Below are positions 1 through 7,388 of a stretch of DNA of 64,000 bases, one piece after another. The notes beneath the pieces were generated by a model. The model was not told the origin of the DNA. It saw nothing but the letters and a program-made list of their open reading frames with translations, and did no database searches. The translations under genes were made by a program, and so were the position numbers. The DNA is from a virus (taxonomy: Duplodnaviria; Caudoviricetes), in IMG/VR virus record IMGVR_UViG_3300028580_000125, positions 1-64,000 of that record, one strand, 5' to 3'. The stretch's first letter is position 1. Each line of letters starts with the position of its first letter.

Positions 1-1074
1 TTAATTTTTGTACAGGTCATTTTGTACAGGTTTCGGCGGGGACGGAAGGGCTTCTACGGCAGCCTTTTTCTGAGAGTCACGCACATGCTGATAGTGCTTC
101 CACACCATGGACGGACTACTGTGTCCCATGAGCGTGGCCACCGTCCCCACATCTACATCGGCGGCGATAGCCTCTGTCGCAAATCCATGACGTAGGTCAT
201 ATGGACGTATGTGCCGCGTGATGCCAGCGATTCTTAGGGCTCCTTTCCATGCCGTTTTTATACTTTTGACCGGCTTCCCTCTGTACGTAATAACGTGCTC
301 CATCCCTTTCTCTGCGTCAGCTGCCAGCCATTGCCGCAATATGGGCAACAGATCGTCTCGGATAGGAACTTCCCGCCACATCTCTGTAGCACCTTTATTG
401 GCGTTGGGAACTCGGACCACTCCGCTGATCAGGTCAACGTCTTTCCAGCACAGCTTAAGCAGCTCGCTTTGCCCCACCCGCATGCCGAAGTGGTAGCCAA
501 GGATGATCACCCTGCGCATGTGCTCAGGAGCCACCCTGTACAGCATATTCACTTCTTCTTGTGTCGGCGGGACATATCTGGCATGTTGAGACTGCGGAAG
601 GACTGGAAACAACGGCAACGATTCAAGGCTCCCGTTTCGATACGCCCAACGCAAAACTGCCTTTACGATACCCATTTTCCTGCGGATGGTTGCCCACTTA
701 TTGCCTGTAGTGGTCAGCCATCCTTTCATTTCCTGTAAGCACTGCACATCAAGCTGCGGCAACTCGTAATCACCGAATCGTGAGAGTATGCCTTTCACAG
801 CAAGCAACGTCCTTTCAAGATTCTGGACTTCCATCTGCTTTTCTTTGAGATAGAGGTACAGGACTGATTCAAGCGTATTGGCTTTGACCTGCTGAGGCTC
901 TTCTGTCCTACGGAAGGAATCACGCTCGTATTTCAGTTGGTACTTGATGAAAGCATCGTGCTTTTCTGCATCCTCCGCTATGCTGAAAGCCTTGCTTTCA
1001 CTTTTTCCCGTAAAGGGATTCGTCCAATAAACAACAAAGGGGCTTTTACGCCCCGTCTGTATCCTGATTGCCAT
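1..1074 (-). CDS. int: Tyrosine recombinase / phage integrase
   Basis: Catalytic motifs GMRVGQSE (R), YDLRHGFAT (HxxR position, Y in place of H), LMGHSS and HYQH (Y). Likely ATG at 1074 (MAIRIQ), although the ORF extends to 1152. Confidence 0.93.
   Translation of the reverse strand: MAIRIQTGRKSPFVVYWTNPFTGKSESKAFSIAEDAEKHDAFIKYQLKYERDSFRRTEEPQQVKANTLESVLYLYLKEKQMEVQNLERTLLAVKGILSRFGDYELPQLDVQCLQEMKGWLTTTGNKWATIRRKMGIVKAVLRWAYRNGSLESLPLFPVLPQSQHARYVPPTQEEVNMLYRVAPEHMRRVIILGYHFGMRVGQSELLKLCWKDVDLISGVVRVPNANKGATEMWREVPIRDDLLPILRQWLAADAEKGMEHVITYRGKPVKSIKTAWKGALRIAGITRHIRPYDLRHGFATEAIAADVDVGTVATLMGHSSPSMVWKHYQHVRDSQKKAAVEALPSPPKPVQNDLYKN
5..31 (+). repeat. Two TTTTGTACAGGT direct repeats, putative integrase arm-type sites (left end)
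   Basis: Copies at 6-17 and 20-31; the same motif recurs three times at 57315-57370 beside the att site. Confidence 0.75.
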
Positions 1075-1093
1075 AATCACACACCTTTGGCAG

Positions 1094-1402
1094 CTATTGG
1101 ACAGGCTGCCCCCTGCTGATCTCAGCAAAAACCTCTGCGGCAGATCGTCCAAGAAGGGGACGCTTCCTTGGCAGTCTGCTTGAGTTTTTTGCCTGTCTGT
1201 TTTGGGCTTCGGCGTGCAATGTGTCCGCTACTTGGATAACAGCCGATGTTCTCCACCGCAAGCCGTTGCCCCGGCCACGCCCCCTGTCAACTGGCTTAAC
1301 GCCGTACTTGTCCAGCGTTGCCCTGGCTTTTGACTCGCTCATGTTCAGGGCTGGCCCTATTTCTTCCTTAGTCAAAAAAAGTGGTGTAATCGGCGAGGCC
1401 AT
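1094..1402 (-). CDS. Putative excisionase / HTH DNA-binding protein
   Basis: Small basic protein directly upstream of int with a MerR/Xis-like pattern (LFLTKEEIGPALNMSESKAR...LRWR). Confidence 0.6.
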   Translation of the reverse strand: MASPITPLFLTKEEIGPALNMSESKARATLDKYGVKPVDRGRGRGNGLRWRTSAVIQVADTLHAEAQNRQAKNSSRLPRKRPLLGRSAAEVFAEISRGQPVQ

Positions 1403-1629
1403 TATGCTACCTCCTCATAATTCTCTATGGCTGCATCGGGGTGCTTCTTTTTCCATCTGAAATTCCACGACCTGATAGCCGCAGACCTTGAGCGATTATT
1501 TCCAACCCAGTATGTGACGGGCACGCACCGGCATCCTGTCCTGAAGCATCCGATTGAGATCAAACTGCCTGTCCCTGCGACGGTCTTTGCAGGGCGACCA
1601 CATTCTGCGCACGGTTCAAGGTCTGGCAT
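1402..1629 (-). CDS. Lar-family (restriction alleviation) zinc-ribbon protein
   Basis: LEPCAECG...C...C...AAIRSWN pattern typical of Lar-like proteins; overlaps both neighbouring genes. Confidence 0.6.
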   Translation of the reverse strand: MPDLEPCAECGRPAKTVAGTGSLISIGCFRTGCRCVPVTYWVGNNRSRSAAIRSWNFRWKKKHPDAAIENYEEVA

Positions 1630-2518
1630 GGTCCTTCTCCTGACATCGGTAATCTTTCCAAGGAACTGTTTTAAAAATTGCCTTGTGATTAACCCACCTA
1701 GCGAATCTGCGCTGTTCTACATCTGGTGGAAAGTTTGTCGTGAAATCACGGTATGGCTGCGCAAATGGGGTTACATTAAGCTCTTTTAGAAACAAAACTC
1801 GTTCCAGGGCATCCTCAACATCCCTAACAAGCACATAGCAAAAGTATTCTCGGTAATGGCCACCGGCCGCCCTGAGTAGGCGAACAGCTCTTTCGACCTC
1901 AGGCATTTGTGATTTCTGGTCGCAAGCCAACCTGATAAAACGTGTCCAACGAAGTGCTGCAAGGCGCCGAGCTATGGCATCATCTATCAGGCGAGCGTCT
2001 AATCCTTGGTTGAAGTCTACGCGCAGATCCATTCTGGCCATCTTTTCAATTTGAGCTATTCCGTGTGGGTGTGCGAGCACGTTGTTGTCCATCAGCTTCA
2101 CATCACGATGGCGGCAGAATTCTGAAATGTCGGCATTGGCCCGTATGGCCCCCTCTTTTGCTGGCACAACGCACCATGGGCAAGATCGGATGCAGCCGCG
2201 CGTAAGAAATCCTAGGCTATAGTTGACGCCGTAGAACCCATAGTCTGGGCAGGTATGCTCTATCTCATCAGGCAAGTTTTTATTGGCACCATATCCTGTT
2301 CCACCTTTAACTGCCGATCTAGGCAAATACCTATCATCGGATGTCCAAGTGAAAACTTTGCTGGAATATATAACGCACTCCTTCGATCCTTTCGCACCGT
2401 GCAACATTGGCATGAATCGCTCTACTTTATCCCCTTTAGATTTGTGCCATGCCGCAAGTTTCATTAGGGCCAAATTTGGGAACTGCGTGCAGTCGGCATC
2501 ATGAAGTGCGACATTCAC
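1616..2518 (-). CDS. Phage radical SAM protein
   Basis: CxxxCxxC motif in TRGCIRSCPWC; FPNLALMKL N-terminus; DFNQGLDARL. Confidence 0.85.
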   Translation of the reverse strand: MNVALHDADCTQFPNLALMKLAAWHKSKGDKVERFMPMLHGAKGSKECVIYSSKVFTWTSDDRYLPRSAVKGGTGYGANKNLPDEIEHTCPDYGFYGVNYSLGFLTRGCIRSCPWCVVPAKEGAIRANADISEFCRHRDVKLMDNNVLAHPHGIAQIEKMARMDLRVDFNQGLDARLIDDAIARRLAALRWTRFIRLACDQKSQMPEVERAVRLLRAAGGHYREYFCYVLVRDVEDALERVLFLKELNVTPFAQPYRDFTTNFPPDVEQRRFARWVNHKAIFKTVPWKDYRCQEKDHARP

Positions 2519-2934
2519 TTTGCCTTACCCCAGAAAGCCCTGCGCGCATCAGCTATCAGGCCGTCAAAGACATCCTCGGCAGCAGCAACGCTGTCTTCGT
2601 TCGAGCCGTATTGCTCGTAGGCTTGTTGAGCTTCCCGCATGTGCTTGGCGGCATCCATAACCCGTTGGAGGGCCAGCGCCGCCCCGGCCGCCTGAAACTG
2701 CCAGGCGATCAGGGCGGTGCGCTGTGAATCTTCGAATGGGCGATTATTCCATGCAGATATGCTTTTGGCGCTTGCCTCCACCTGCGTCTTTCCGGACCGT
2801 AAAAAATAGGACTCAGCAATATCATCATTTACACATTGGCAAGAGACTGAAGCTAAGTATTCGCTTTCAGTATACCGACTTTCATTCAATGTGGGCATGA
2901 CCCCGCAAAACGGGCACGGTTTCAGTTCTGGCAT
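2515..2934 (-). CDS. Lar-family restriction alleviation protein with C-terminal extension
   Basis: MPELKPCPFCG...CQC...AWNNR signature; ATG at 2934. Confidence 0.7.
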   Translation of the reverse strand: MPELKPCPFCGVMPTLNESRYTESEYLASVSCQCVNDDIAESYFLRSGKTQVEASAKSISAWNNRPFEDSQRTALIAWQFQAAGAALALQRVMDAAKHMREAQQAYEQYGSNEDSVAAAEDVFDGLIADARRAFWGKAK

Positions 2935-2936
2935 GG

Positions 2937-3353
2937 CTATTTGCCCTCCACTGACTTTCGGGCGGCTTCTTTCCATTCTTCTGCCGTAGCTTTGTTGCAG
3001 TGGATAATTGTACACACCGCAACGCTACATCTAGGATTCGGCCCTTTGTCCTCGCAGTGTTCTGCACACCGCCCCGCCAGCCAATCCACCATCTTTTGCA
3101 GCCGTGCGTTCTCGGCCTCGGCATCAGCCAGTTTCGCCTTGAGGTCGGGAATGATTTCGGTGCAAGCCTGATACACCGCAGAGAAATTTGCGCGAGTTTC
3201 TTGGACTGAGCCATCAAGCAATAACTCGGTTACCTCCAAGGCATTGAGCAGCCTCAGAATACGTTCATCTTCTTCGCTGGGCGTGCCGCACTCGTCTGAG
3301 GCTTCAAAGCGCCACAGGTCGCGTTCTTCCTTGGATATTTCAACGGTGCTCAT
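2937..3353 (-). CDS. Hypothetical phage protein (coiled coil, Cys-rich C-terminus)
   Basis: 138-aa ORF packed in the operon; start overlaps the upstream stop; AAGGAG RBS. Confidence 0.6.
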   Translation of the reverse strand: MSTVEISKEERDLWRFEASDECGTPSEEDERILRLLNALEVTELLLDGSVQETRANFSAVYQACTEIIPDLKAKLADAEAENARLQKMVDWLAGRCAEHCEDKGPNPRCSVAVCTIIHCNKATAEEWKEAARKSVEGK

Positions 3354-3616
3354 CTGCTGGACTCCTTCGGCCTTAGCTTAAAAACCACACTGCACCCGTC
3401 CGCACGCCGCCAAATACGACCATCATTTTTTACTACCCCATACGACATGCACCGAACGGGATTGTTGTTCTTCTGGCATTCAGGACGCCAATCGCAATGG
3501 CGGCATATATTTTCGTTGCTGTCTGGACCAACAACGCTGGATTTAAGCACGGCGTAGTGCCCCGGTGGAGCGTCGGCTGAATTGAGAGTCGGTATGAGGT
3601 TTAGCTGCTCAGGCAT
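3350..3616 (-). CDS. Hypothetical Cys-rich phage protein
   Basis: CRHC...C...C...RADGCSVVFK; overlaps both neighbours; GGAGG RBS. Confidence 0.55.
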   Translation of the reverse strand: MPEQLNLIPTLNSADAPPGHYAVLKSSVVGPDSNENICRHCDWRPECQKNNNPVRCMSYGVVKNDGRIWRRADGCSVVFKLRPKESSR

Positions 3617-4043
3617 TGCATGCCTCCTGTGGCCACGAAACTCTGTGGGGGTAATCGAATTGCCAGAATTTCAGTTTGCCAATGGCGGGCACTGGCGGCA
3701 GGGGCAGAACCTTACCGATCATCCACCAGAACTTTGAGCCTTGGTCAGCCCATTCTGATGGAGCGTTGTCAGTGCTCGACGCCAAGCAGCCGGTAAATTG
3801 CACAGCCCCAATGATGCAGCCGCAAAGTGTCGTGGGGTGCAAAATTTCCATGGGCCAGCCGCGCGCAACCATTTCAAGTTGGGCTGTATGGGGATCAAAC
3901 GCGGGTTTCGCGCTTGAATGGATCAGTACGGTGCAGTTGCGAAACTTGTCCGGCAGCCGCCAATCCCTGTTTTCTATGTCCTTGTGTCCGCTGACGATCA
4001 GCGCCGCCCACGGCTGACGTATTGTGATGACCGGAAAAATCAT
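3609..4043 (-). CDS. ASCH domain protein
   Basis: ITIRQPWAALIVSGHKDIENRDW (GxKxxExR), GCIIGAV and GKLKFW motifs; ATG at 4043 overlaps the upstream stop. Confidence 0.88.
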   Translation of the reverse strand: MIFPVITIRQPWAALIVSGHKDIENRDWRLPDKFRNCTVLIHSSAKPAFDPHTAQLEMVARGWPMEILHPTTLCGCIIGAVQFTGCLASSTDNAPSEWADQGSKFWWMIGKVLPLPPVPAIGKLKFWQFDYPHRVSWPQEACNA

Positions 4044-5038
4044 TGCGGCACCTCGTCCCAGGTTCGCTTGTCGATGCTGCGGCCAGAGTTGGCCTTGCCG
4101 CATTTGAACATGCAGCCCATATGGCCAGGGGTGGGGCGTGGCGTTTCTGGGTGAGGCTTCTTTGTGCCGCACAAGCAATCAGGCGCCCATTCTCCCCAGG
4201 ACTTGAAGAAGAACGGAACAGTTGCCTCCTGGCACTGGTCGCGCAGGCTGCGCACCCAGTCGGGGTTCATGGGCCGCGCGCCCGAGCCGGTTTCGCCACC
4301 AGCAATGACCCAGCCAATGCCGGAAAGGTCTACGTTCCCGAGGTCGGAAAGCAGCGGCTCAAAAGATACAAAGCGCAGGGCGGCGGGGATTTTGCGCAGC
4401 ACGTCAAGTTTCCACAGTTCATCCCGGTTGCAGACCGTGACACCCAGCCACAGGTTCGGCAGAGGCCACAGATAATCTTGCCGCAGGTTGTCTCGGGTGC
4501 TGGTCATTTCCTGCGGGATGGTCTCAGCGTCGGCGTATTCTTCAAATGTCTCACTGTCGCCATCGCCAACAATTATCCAGCCATTGCCAGCCCTACCCCA
4601 CCTTCGCAGCAGTGTATTAGGGCCAGCGGCGAAATATTCTGCCATGGCCTGCGCTCGCTTTGTGAGAATGATGAAGGTGTGGCCGTGCCCGTTTGAAAAG
4701 ATGCAGTCGGCCATGATGGATGCAAAGAGCTCGTCGCGGTTCTCGGCTGGATAGTTCGGATGGAAAATGTCGGTCATGCTGCCGACAAACACCCTCTTGC
4801 CTTTGCCGGGCACCCGATGCGGGTACATCTTTTCGGAAAAGTTAGAATTGATTTTCCCCGTCCACTTGCCCCTTCCATCGACAACGCCTGCATAGACCTT
4901 TGCGGCTACAGGATTTTTTGACAGGCGGTGCGCAAACTTTTCAGCGTAGCAGTGGTCGCAGCCAGGGGAGCAGTGCGAGCAGCCCACGGCGGTGTTGGTG
5001 GTCGCGTCTGCCCATTCAATGCGCGTTGTTGTAGCCAT
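4040..5038 (-). CDS. Phage Gp37/Gp68 (DUF5131) radical-SAM-like protein
   Basis: TRIEWADAT.N...GCSHCSPGCDHCYAE, VFVGSMTDIFH, RFVSFEPLL, WVIAGGETG, VPFFFKSWG. Confidence 0.9.
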   Translation of the reverse strand: MATTTRIEWADATTNTAVGCSHCSPGCDHCYAEKFAHRLSKNPVAAKVYAGVVDGRGKWTGKINSNFSEKMYPHRVPGKGKRVFVGSMTDIFHPNYPAENRDELFASIMADCIFSNGHGHTFIILTKRAQAMAEYFAAGPNTLLRRWGRAGNGWIIVGDGDSETFEEYADAETIPQEMTSTRDNLRQDYLWPLPNLWLGVTVCNRDELWKLDVLRKIPAALRFVSFEPLLSDLGNVDLSGIGWVIAGGETGSGARPMNPDWVRSLRDQCQEATVPFFFKSWGEWAPDCLCGTKKPHPETPRPTPGHMGCMFKCGKANSGRSIDKRTWDEVPQ

Positions 5039-5062
5039 GTTGCGTTCTCCTCATAAAAAGCG

Positions 5063-5086
5063 ACGGCTCCGCTTTCGCGGAGCCGT
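5063..5086 (-). promoter_or_regulatory. DGR target hairpin downstream of VR2
   Basis: Minus strand ACGGCTCCGC-GAAA-GCGGAGCCGT: 10-bp stem with GRNA loop, 26 nt after the target-2 stop codon. Confidence 0.85.
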
Positions 5087-5112
5087 TCAGGAAACAAGGG
5101 CCAGGTTCCAGG

Positions 5113-6111
5113 CTACACTTTTGCGAGGCGGCACCCGATGACCGTGCCCGAGGAGGAAGCAACGAGGTTGAAGGTGCAGGAGAACAGGCCTGCGGCTGAA
5201 CCATCGACCCAGTCGCCGCCGGAGTAGAACACGTTCTTTTCGTCGGGCCATGAGCGCCACGTCTTGTCAGGGGCAAAGGCCGCAGAGGGCTCACCTTCGA
5301 TGTCAGCGTCGGCAGGAATGAAGCAGTCAGACAGGGAAAAGAATTTTCCGTCAGCAAAGGCAATGTCCGTTGGCCAGCCGGTGTCGCTGGAAGCGTGGAC
5401 GCCAGTGTTGATGTATTCACCAAGCCCCTTGGCATCCTCGATATGGATGACGTGCTGTTCATCGAGGATGATGCCGTCAATCATGGTTATGGAGTTGCCC
5501 CAGAGGTCATAAATTCCGCGCCAGCACAGCCCGCTTTCGCCGGTCTTTTTGAGACAATCGCACTGGACGTTGCCCATGCCGTATGCGGCCTGACTGTCTG
5601 TTGTGCCGGCCTCGATAATCATAAGGCGCTGAACGGCGGCCAGCATGCGGATGTTCTGCATACGCCATCCCAGGGCATCATCGCGGTTCCTGGCTGCGCA
5701 AGCGGCGCGCATGTCGAAGAAATCATTATTGCCAGCAGGCATTACGCCAGGCAGAGAGCATATTTCACCTTCCGCGCCGAAGCTTCCTTCGTAAGCACCG
5801 ATCCAGAAGGCCGCTGTAGGCATTCCGACGTACATGAACGCAGAGTGCAGGTGAAAGCCGTCGGCGGGCTCGGGGCTGATCCAATAGCGGTATGCGGTTT
5901 TGCCATTCTCGCTGGAACGCTCCTGGCGCACATAGAACGCCGGAATGCAAACCATGTGCTGCCCGTCTACGATTGCAGGCTTAATGCCCGCATAGGTGGG
6001 GTGCTTTTCGAAGAAGTCGCTGCTCACTTCAACGGGGTTTCCTGCCGCGTCAATTCTGGTGCATTTGCGGTCGCCATTTCCGATTTCTATGCTGATGCCT
6101 ATGATGCTCAT
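5113..6111 (-). CDS. Second (remote) DGR target: stand-alone Mtd/C-type-lectin-fold-like domain protein
   Basis: Paralogous to the C-terminal head of the tail fibre at 34540-36432 (HPTYAGIK..IVDGQ.M..IP.FYV, ISP..ADGFH.H.AFM). Ends in a VR. No collagen stalk and no obvious signal peptide. Confidence 0.92.
   Translation of the reverse strand: MSIIGISIEIGNGDRKCTRIDAAGNPVEVSSDFFEKHPTYAGIKPAIVDGQHMVCIPAFYVRQERSSENGKTAYRYWISPEPADGFHLHSAFMYVGMPTAAFWIGAYEGSFGAEGEICSLPGVMPAGNNDFFDMRAACAARNRDDALGWRMQNIRMLAAVQRLMIIEAGTTDSQAAYGMGNVQCDCLKKTGESGLCWRGIYDLWGNSITMIDGIILDEQHVIHIEDAKGLGEYINTGVHASSDTGWPTDIAFADGKFFSLSDCFIPADADIEGEPSAAFAPDKTWRSWPDEKNVFYSGGDWVDGSAAGLFSCTFNLVASSSGTVIGCRLAKV
5120..5223 (-). repeat. 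DGR variable repeat VR2
   Basis: 104-nt ungapped match to TR 37943-38046 with 13 mismatches, all at TR adenines. Confidence 0.95.
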
Positions 6112-6207
6112 TGTCCCTCCAAGGTGTTTTGTGTGGTAATCTTGAGCGAGGCTCCCCCGCCCTATTCCGCTCCCGTCCGTAGACGGGCGCGGTAAGGAAG
6201 TGGGGAT

Positions 6208-6579
6208 CTATTTATGCGTTGTTCCTTCAACGCCGCGCGCCTGTCTGTCCTTGGTGCGGTGGTCAAGCCAGTGCAAAGCTTCTTCAATCTTGGTCAGGGC
6301 CAATTCATTCTCACGGCAGGCAAAGTCGCCAGCCTGAAATGATTGCAGCCGATTTCGGCAAATTTGGAGTAAATCTTCCATGAAAATGCCGTTCACGCCG
6401 TTCTCAGCCACTGGTCCTTTCTGGAATTTGACCAAAGCATACGGTGATTCTTTCGTTGTGGCTGTATCGTCTGGATTGGCGCTCGTTACCTGATAATTGT
6501 GGTACGCGCCTCCTGCGCCGGGATCGTCCAGAACCTGTATGATGGTGAACCTGTGCTGTCCTGCTTCGAGTATGTGCAT
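6208..6579 (-). CDS. tad1: Tad1-like anti-defence sponge protein (Thoeris/CBASS signal sequestration)
   Basis: GAGGAYHNY, VKFQKG and DLLQICRNRLQSFQAGDFACRENELALTKIEEALHWLDHR..DRQARGVEGT match the recalled Tad1 sequence pattern along its length; 123 aa. Confidence 0.82.
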   Translation of the reverse strand: MHILEAGQHRFTIIQVLDDPGAGGAYHNYQVTSANPDDTATTKESPYALVKFQKGPVAENGVNGIFMEDLLQICRNRLQSFQAGDFACRENELALTKIEEALHWLDHRTKDRQARGVEGTTHK

Positions 6580-6596
6580 TCGATTCCTCTTTGCGT

Positions 6597-7181
6597 TTAT
6601 GCGACTGTGGGGCCGCTTGAAACCAGGCGGCGGTAGATTTCCATGGTCATGCGGATGTCTGTCATTGCGTCGTGGGCCTCGCCCTCGGGCTGAATACCGA
6701 AATGGGCGGCAACGGTTTCAAGCCGGAAGTTCGGGAGCTCATGACGCACGCCCATGAGGGCATGACCGGCCATGACGGACACGTCGATGCTGGGCCACCA
6801 GACGTAAGAGCCAAAGTACGGGTCGCCGCACTTTTTGAAGAAGGAGTGCAAGAAATTGAGGTCGAAAATGCCGTTGTAGCCCGCGAAGAAGCACTTATCG
6901 CGCTTGTCGTAGCTGTCAACGTGAGCAGAGAGCATTTGAACGAAGGAAACGCGCGCGTCATGCGGTGGCATGAACCCGGCGAGCTCCTCCCGCGTGAAGC
7001 CGTTCACGGCGAGTGCCGTGTCTTCGATAACGTCTTCAGCGAAAGGCCGAATTTTGTAGTCGAAGCTGCTGATTTCCTGACCGTTTATTTCAAGTACGCC
7101 AGCCAGTTGAATGATGCCGTTCTTGCCGGGGTCTGTGCCGGTTGTCTCTGTGTCTACCCAGAGTATCTTCTTGTCCCTCAT
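6597..7181 (-). CDS. DEDDh 3'-5' exonuclease (DnaQ-like)
   Basis: ExoI WVDTETTG, ExoII AGYNGIFDLNFL, ExoIII AHDAMTD. Confidence 0.9.
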   Translation of the reverse strand: MRDKKILWVDTETTGTDPGKNGIIQLAGVLEINGQEISSFDYKIRPFAEDVIEDTALAVNGFTREELAGFMPPHDARVSFVQMLSAHVDSYDKRDKCFFAGYNGIFDLNFLHSFFKKCGDPYFGSYVWWPSIDVSVMAGHALMGVRHELPNFRLETVAAHFGIQPEGEAHDAMTDIRMTMEIYRRLVSSGPTVA

Positions 7182-7190
7182 GCCGGGCCC

Positions 7191-7388
7191 CTACAGTTTT
7201 TTGAATTGTTCGCACCCGCAGATGGGGCACTTTTTCTTTTTCGAAACCGTCCCGCACTTTTTGCAGGCGCGGGACGGTTTGCCGTCACTGAGCCGTTCGC
7301 CCTTGCATGATGCGTAGATGTGCGCAAAATTCTTTACTTTACGCTTCCCACGCCACTCTGGGCGATTCGGATCATCGAAGCCGCTCAT
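7191..7388 (-). CDS. Small zinc-ribbon protein
   Basis: CKKC...CPICGC; start overlaps the upstream stop. Confidence 0.5.
   Translation of the reverse strand: MSGFDDPNRPEWRGKRKVKNFAHIYASCKGERLSDGKPSRACKKCGTVSKKKKCPICGCEQFKKL

Noticed and set aside
1075-1152. N-terminal extension of the integrase given by the ORF track
   Set aside because: It overlaps the excisionase-like gene from a TTG start; the ATG at 1074 gives a typical arm-binding N-terminus.
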